This document shows, piece after piece, positions 59,957 through 64,000 of a stretch of DNA of 64,000 nt. Origin of the DNA: a virus; IMG/VR virus record IMGVR_UViG_3300030085_003750, positions 32,001 through 96,000 of that record; one strand, written 5' to 3'. The notes beneath the pieces are model-generated. The model saw nothing but the letters and a program-made list of their open reading frames with translations. It was not told the DNA's origin and did not search any database. The position numbers and the translations under genes were made by a program. The first letter of the stretch is position 1. Each line of letters opens with the position of its first letter.

Positions 59957-60715
59957 ATGGCAAATTTCAAAAACAGTGCAGATGACTCGGGCGCTCAGGC
60001 AAACGCTGGATACGTTCTTAGATTTTATCATCTTGCTTCTAAGAAAGAATTAAGTTTTAAGGGGTTTGTCTCGGCGTTTTCCGACCAATATCAAAGTAAT
60101 TGGGATAAAGAAGAAATTTACGGTCGAATGGACCCTATTCAGACTTTTAAGTCAACTCAGAGAACTATAAATATTTCTTGGGATGTCGTAGCGGGTTCAT
60201 TGGAAGAGGCAAAAGAGAATTTAGAAAATCTTACAACTTTATTTGGAATGTTATATCCTGCTTACGACTCAGGTGCCAGTGGGACGACTGCGATGAGTCA
60301 TGCTCCACTTCTGAGAATGAAATATTTAAATTTTGTGACAAGACCAGGCGCAGAAGCAAAAGCAACTGCCAGAGAAGGTGGACTACTAGGTTCATCTGCT
60401 GGGTTCTCTTTTGAACCTGCAATGGATGACGCTATGTTTGGAGATAATGATGGTAATTTATATCCAAAGGTTGTAAAGTTATCTTGCACCTTCTCGGTGA
60501 TTCATGAATCTGCTCTTGGATGGTCAGGAAGTTCTCAAAGAACTAAGGGTTTTCCTTATGGAAGAGGGCAGTCGCAACCAGAGACACCTGCACCAACAAC
60601 TGCAAGAGCAGCAGATTCTAACGCTCCAAATCAGAGCGTTGCAGAGGAGCAAATAATCCAATCAAGTGAAGATGCAATAATGTCTCTTCCAGACGGAACA
60701 GTAGGTTATGAGTAG
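59957..60715 (+). CDS. Tail tube initiator/baseplate hub protein (gp48/gp54-like)
   Basis: FSDQY.SNW....YGRMDPIQTF..T.R.I.ISW, APLLRMK and YPK...LSC.F.VIH; position after tape measure. Confidence 0.65.
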   Translation: MANFKNSADDSGAQANAGYVLRFYHLASKKELSFKGFVSAFSDQYQSNWDKEEIYGRMDPIQTFKSTQRTINISWDVVAGSLEEAKENLENLTTLFGMLYPAYDSGASGTTAMSHAPLLRMKYLNFVTRPGAEAKATAREGGLLGSSAGFSFEPAMDDAMFGDNDGNLYPKVVKLSCTFSVIHESALGWSGSSQRTKGFPYGRGQSQPETPAPTTARAADSNAPNQSVAEEQIIQSSEDAIMSLPDGTVGYE

Positions 60716-61049
60716 TAGATATAAAAACAGAGAAGTTTACGAAAACACAGAAGACGTTTATGAAGAGTTGCGTGAAAAGAGAGGGGTAAAGAAAATTAAT
60801 CATCTCGCTTCACCACACTTTAAATCATTGACAAGAGAGGAGAACGCTCAGTTAGCAACAGTGACCCATACTTGGTCCGTTGGTGATAGATTCTATAAAC
60901 TTTCTTACAAGCATTATGGCACTACAAAGTATTGGTGGTTAATTGCTAAGTACAACGGCAAACCAACAGAATCTCACGTAAATATAGGAGATAAGATAAA
61001 TATCCCATTGCCTCTAAACAAGGCGATTGCTTTATTGGAGGAACAGTAA
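60708..61049 (+). CDS. LysM/tail-X-like baseplate wedge protein (gp53-like)
   Basis: HTWSVGDRFYKLSYKHYG...WWLIAKYN...GDKINIP. Confidence 0.75.
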   Translation: MSSRYKNREVYENTEDVYEELREKRGVKKINHLASPHFKSLTREENAQLATVTHTWSVGDRFYKLSYKHYGTTKYWWLIAKYNGKPTESHVNIGDKINIPLPLNKAIALLEEQ

Positions 61050-61050
61050 A

Positions 61051-63159
61051 ATGTCTGATGATAAAGAAAAGGCAAAAGAGCGTCAAGAAAAGAAAGACCA
61101 GCGTGCAAAAGAAATAAACTCCAACGAGCAGTACGTGATTGCACAATCTATGGATATGTACATAGACTATTACAATTCTACCCACAAGGGCACATATCCA
61201 CCAAAAAACTACACCAGCATAGTTGGCAAAAATGTTCAAAAAACTAGGTCACATCTCTTTGGAATGCAGGGTATGGAGAAATTCATGAACATGAATGCTG
61301 CAAAGTTATCCTCTCTTATTCCCAGGGTAAGGTTACTTCAAGAGAGGAGAAGTGCATCTGGAAAAATCGAAGCAGAGGCAGAAATTGTATTTGACGATTT
61401 TCAAAGAAACCCAGAACAAATCACTTCAAGCAGAGGAATGAGAGGTTCGGGCGCTGGTCTCAAAAGTGTTTCAATCGACATGGAAGGTGATAACATTGCG
61501 ACTTCCGACAGAATGTACAAGGTTAAATTAGACCTTTACTTTTCTTCGCTGGAAGAATTGTTCAGAAGAAGACCTACCTTAACAGGCAGCGGTGAGTATC
61601 AATATGTCGATATGTTTAAATTACCGAAGGGACCAGATGACGCAGAACTTCCAGATGCAGCAAAAATTAGGTTGTTAAGATTAGAGTACGGATATTATCC
61701 ACCTTCTGACTCTACCCTATCTTGGACTGAATCAGAGAAAACAGCAATAAGAGAGGCAAAGAGAGTTCTAACACTGAACTTATATAAGCATAGTTTGGAT
61801 TATAATGAGAATGGTTCTATAAATGTTTCTTTGGAATATCATGGATACACAGAACGAAGAGCAATGAAGATTGACGTATTTGACTTAGGACTTTCAGACT
61901 CAGATAGAAAATCTCTTATTGCTGCGAGGGATAAAGTAAAGAAAATAAAGAAGGGAAGTAAAGGTCCATTGGGAGAGAAAGATACAAAACTGGTGGAAAA
62001 AGAAGATAAGAAAGCGTCCGAACTCAGAAAAAAAGGTTATCAATCTTTTATGAACTCTGTGATGAAAAATCAGAAAATGTATGTTGTAAGTCATCAAGCA
62101 GCGGGCACAGGAAGTATGCCTATATTATATCCTTGGTTTGGAGCAGGTAGTGGGAGAGGTTTTCCGAAAACACTGGACCAGTGCTTTGTGCAGTCGCCAA
62201 ACATTGCTAAGTGGTACAAGCAAAAGAAACCAGATGATGAAGCGGAAAAATCTCTTATACAATTTTTTTACCTTGGAGATTTGCTCGATAACGTGATAGG
62301 GATTGCAAAGCAAGACCCTGGAATGATTAATGGTTTCGAGTTTAGTTTTGGTTCTTTTTTGTACGGCAGTCTTGCCGCTGATGGTTCGGGTAGAACAACA
62401 TCACAGGGTGCAAAGGAAGTACCGATTAGTGGAATCCCCATATCTCAGGCAGCATTCGCTGATTGGTTTAAAGAAAATGTGCTTGAAAAGGGAGAAAGAA
62501 TTGCATATAGTCTTTTGGATTTCTTGACAGATATGGTCAAGTTGGCGATGGTATCTTTTTCACTAGAAGCAAGAGCAAATACGCAAGGTCAGGCACCTTC
62601 ATCGCCAGGACTTCGTGCCCAATCATTTAATACGTCATCTGCTATTCCAAAAGGTGAGGTAGCGAACGTATGGACAACGGTTGGTGCTTCTCAATTAAAG
62701 AACGGACTTGAAACAAGAGGACTGACTGAGAACTATTTTTTCTATGGTGTCAACCTTTTGGCAGAAGAAGGGTATTCTTCAAATCAAAATACTGACGCAG
62801 ATAACGGAATTTATTGGTTGGTCGCCGCATCTGAACATGGAGTGACCAAAAAGATTAAGTATACCAAGAATGACACAAAGTTCTTAACAGAAGCAAGAAT
62901 GACATCGGGCGGGTTTAGTGAAAAGAAAAGAATTTTGTGGTCTCTATATAAGGCAAATGTAGACATGGTTGGAAACGCCATCTTCAAACCAGGCATGGTA
63001 GTGTTTATCACTTCGAATGCCTTTAATCAAGATGAGGCAGAAGACCTCGGACTTGCAGGTTATTTCATGGTCATAAAAGTTAGAAATACTATTGAAGGTG
63101 GAAGGTTCAAAACAGAGTTAGAAACGATTTGGACAAAACCTTCCAAACAGAGGACGTAA
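61051..63159 (+). CDS. Baseplate hub protein (gp27/late-control-D-like)
   Basis: LEYGY motif and C-terminal VDMVGNAIFKPG...GYFMVIKVRNTI..G.FKTELE. The ATG at 61051 follows GGAGG. Confidence 0.6.
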   Translation: MSDDKEKAKERQEKKDQRAKEINSNEQYVIAQSMDMYIDYYNSTHKGTYPPKNYTSIVGKNVQKTRSHLFGMQGMEKFMNMNAAKLSSLIPRVRLLQERRSASGKIEAEAEIVFDDFQRNPEQITSSRGMRGSGAGLKSVSIDMEGDNIATSDRMYKVKLDLYFSSLEELFRRRPTLTGSGEYQYVDMFKLPKGPDDAELPDAAKIRLLRLEYGYYPPSDSTLSWTESEKTAIREAKRVLTLNLYKHSLDYNENGSINVSLEYHGYTERRAMKIDVFDLGLSDSDRKSLIAARDKVKKIKKGSKGPLGEKDTKLVEKEDKKASELRKKGYQSFMNSVMKNQKMYVVSHQAAGTGSMPILYPWFGAGSGRGFPKTLDQCFVQSPNIAKWYKQKKPDDEAEKSLIQFFYLGDLLDNVIGIAKQDPGMINGFEFSFGSFLYGSLAADGSGRTTSQGAKEVPISGIPISQAAFADWFKENVLEKGERIAYSLLDFLTDMVKLAMVSFSLEARANTQGQAPSSPGLRAQSFNTSSAIPKGEVANVWTTVGASQLKNGLETRGLTENYFFYGVNLLAEEGYSSNQNTDADNGIYWLVAASEHGVTKKIKYTKNDTKFLTEARMTSGGFSEKKRILWSLYKANVDMVGNAIFKPGMVVFITSNAFNQDEAEDLGLAGYFMVIKVRNTIEGGRFKTELETIWTKPSKQRT

Positions 63160-63162
63160 GCG

Positions 63163-64000
63163 ATGAGATATTTATTTGAACAGAAGGGAGACTCACCATC
63201 AGGAACTAACGATGCAGGACCATTAGAGTCTTATGAACAATCTGGATACTATGATGTAAAATTCCCTCAGAGGTTCAATGAGGCGAAACCGATTGTACTG
63301 AGGGCAAATATTCGAGGATTGTACGGCAAGGTGGACACATATGGTTTCGCAGTAGTGCCAAAAATGGAATATATATCAGAGATAAATACTACGACAGAAG
63401 AGACACATGAAGCACTTCTTGTTGTAAGAGAGTCATTCGAAGAGATGGCAGATTATTATAAGCAACTGGACTTACGAGGTAAATTAAGTCTCGACTCCAA
63501 GACCTTAAAAGAACTTGTTCCAAAAAAGTCTTGGAAAAATCCCATGATTTCGTATGCCTCTCACCAGTCTGCAATAATGGATAAATTTATTTCTTTAAAA
63601 GATACGGACTCGCCAGAGATTGTTGACTACAAAACCTTTGAAAAATCGTTTATGGAATATGCTACATCTATGAATGAACCTTTTACGATGTCTGGGTATT
63701 CTACCTCTAAGTTGGCAGATTCTAGACAAACAGGTTTGGTGATAGACTTGGCAGTCGAAGATTATTCCGAAGATAAATTAAAATATGAAGGATACATTCA
63801 AGACCCTAACTTTCAGGTATTTAGAAAAGTTATAAACCGATATGGATTTAGAATTGATAAGCATATTCCTTGGAGAATTTATTTCGATGTCATGCATCCG
63901 CATTCTAGAAGAAAACTTGCGAAATATGGCGTTGGCAGTCTTGAACAATTTTTTCAAAAGTATTATGATAGAATAGCGAACTTAGAAATAGAAGGTGTTG
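63163..64000 (+). CDS. Hypothetical baseplate-region protein, 3'-truncated; possible degenerate M15B/VanY-like fold
   Basis: Manually translated and open to the window end (MRYLFEQKGDSPSG...). Contains SFEEMADYY, SRQTGLVIDL and RYGFRIDKHIPWR. Confidence 0.6.
   Translation, partial: MRYLFEQKGDSPSGTNDAGPLESYEQSGYYDVKFPQRFNEAKPIVLRANIRGLYGKVDTYGFAVVPKMEYISEINTTTEETHEALLVVRESFEEMADYYKQLDLRGKLSLDSKTLKELVPKKSWKNPMISYASHQSAIMDKFISLKDTDSPEIVDYKTFEKSFMEYATSMNEPFTMSGYSTSKLADSRQTGLVIDLAVEDYSEDKLKYEGYIQDPNFQVFRKVINRYGFRIDKHIPWRIYFDVMHPHSRRKLAKYGVGSLEQFFQKYYDRIANLEIEGV

Noticed and set aside
52213-63159. Bacterial extracellular contractile injection system or tailocin
   Set aside because: Terminase, portal, protease, capsid and replication genes in the same window indicate a complete phage.
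1-64000. Stop-codon reassignment, as seen in some large phages
   Set aside because: Core genes are intact under code 11, and TAA, TAG (20624, 22128, 59922) and TGA (11503, 21139) all end genes at sensible boundaries.

Overview
This window is a gene-dense, all-plus-strand segment of a large T4-like (myovirus-type) bacteriophage genome. It uses the standard genetic code and has strong Shine-Dalgarno (SD) sites. In order it holds: a >3,490-aa LamG-containing virion protein and baseplate/fibre-junction-like genes (1-20.6 kb); a RuvC-like resolvase, a primase and a fused Mre11-Rad50 (gp47-gp46) gene (20.6-25.3 kb); three small membrane proteins; terminase, portal and prohead protease; a divergent ribosomal protein bS21-like gene; a 12-kb fibre cassette (34.2-46.3 kb); scaffold, major capsid, neck, sheath and tube; a gp26/gp51-like pair with a candidate frameshift; tape measure and baseplate hub genes. 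The most striking unexplained system is in the fibre cassette. Three diverged paralogous coiled-coil fibre proteins keep their ~560-residue shafts in register to within one residue but carry different tips, or none, which suggests a heterotrimeric or mix-and-match fibre. Two of them are preceded by a duplicated ~180-nt leader with two hairpins, compensatory base-pair changes and an internal anti-SD, which suggests a translational switch. All product calls come from motifs recognised by eye and from synteny; no database search or folding computation was run.
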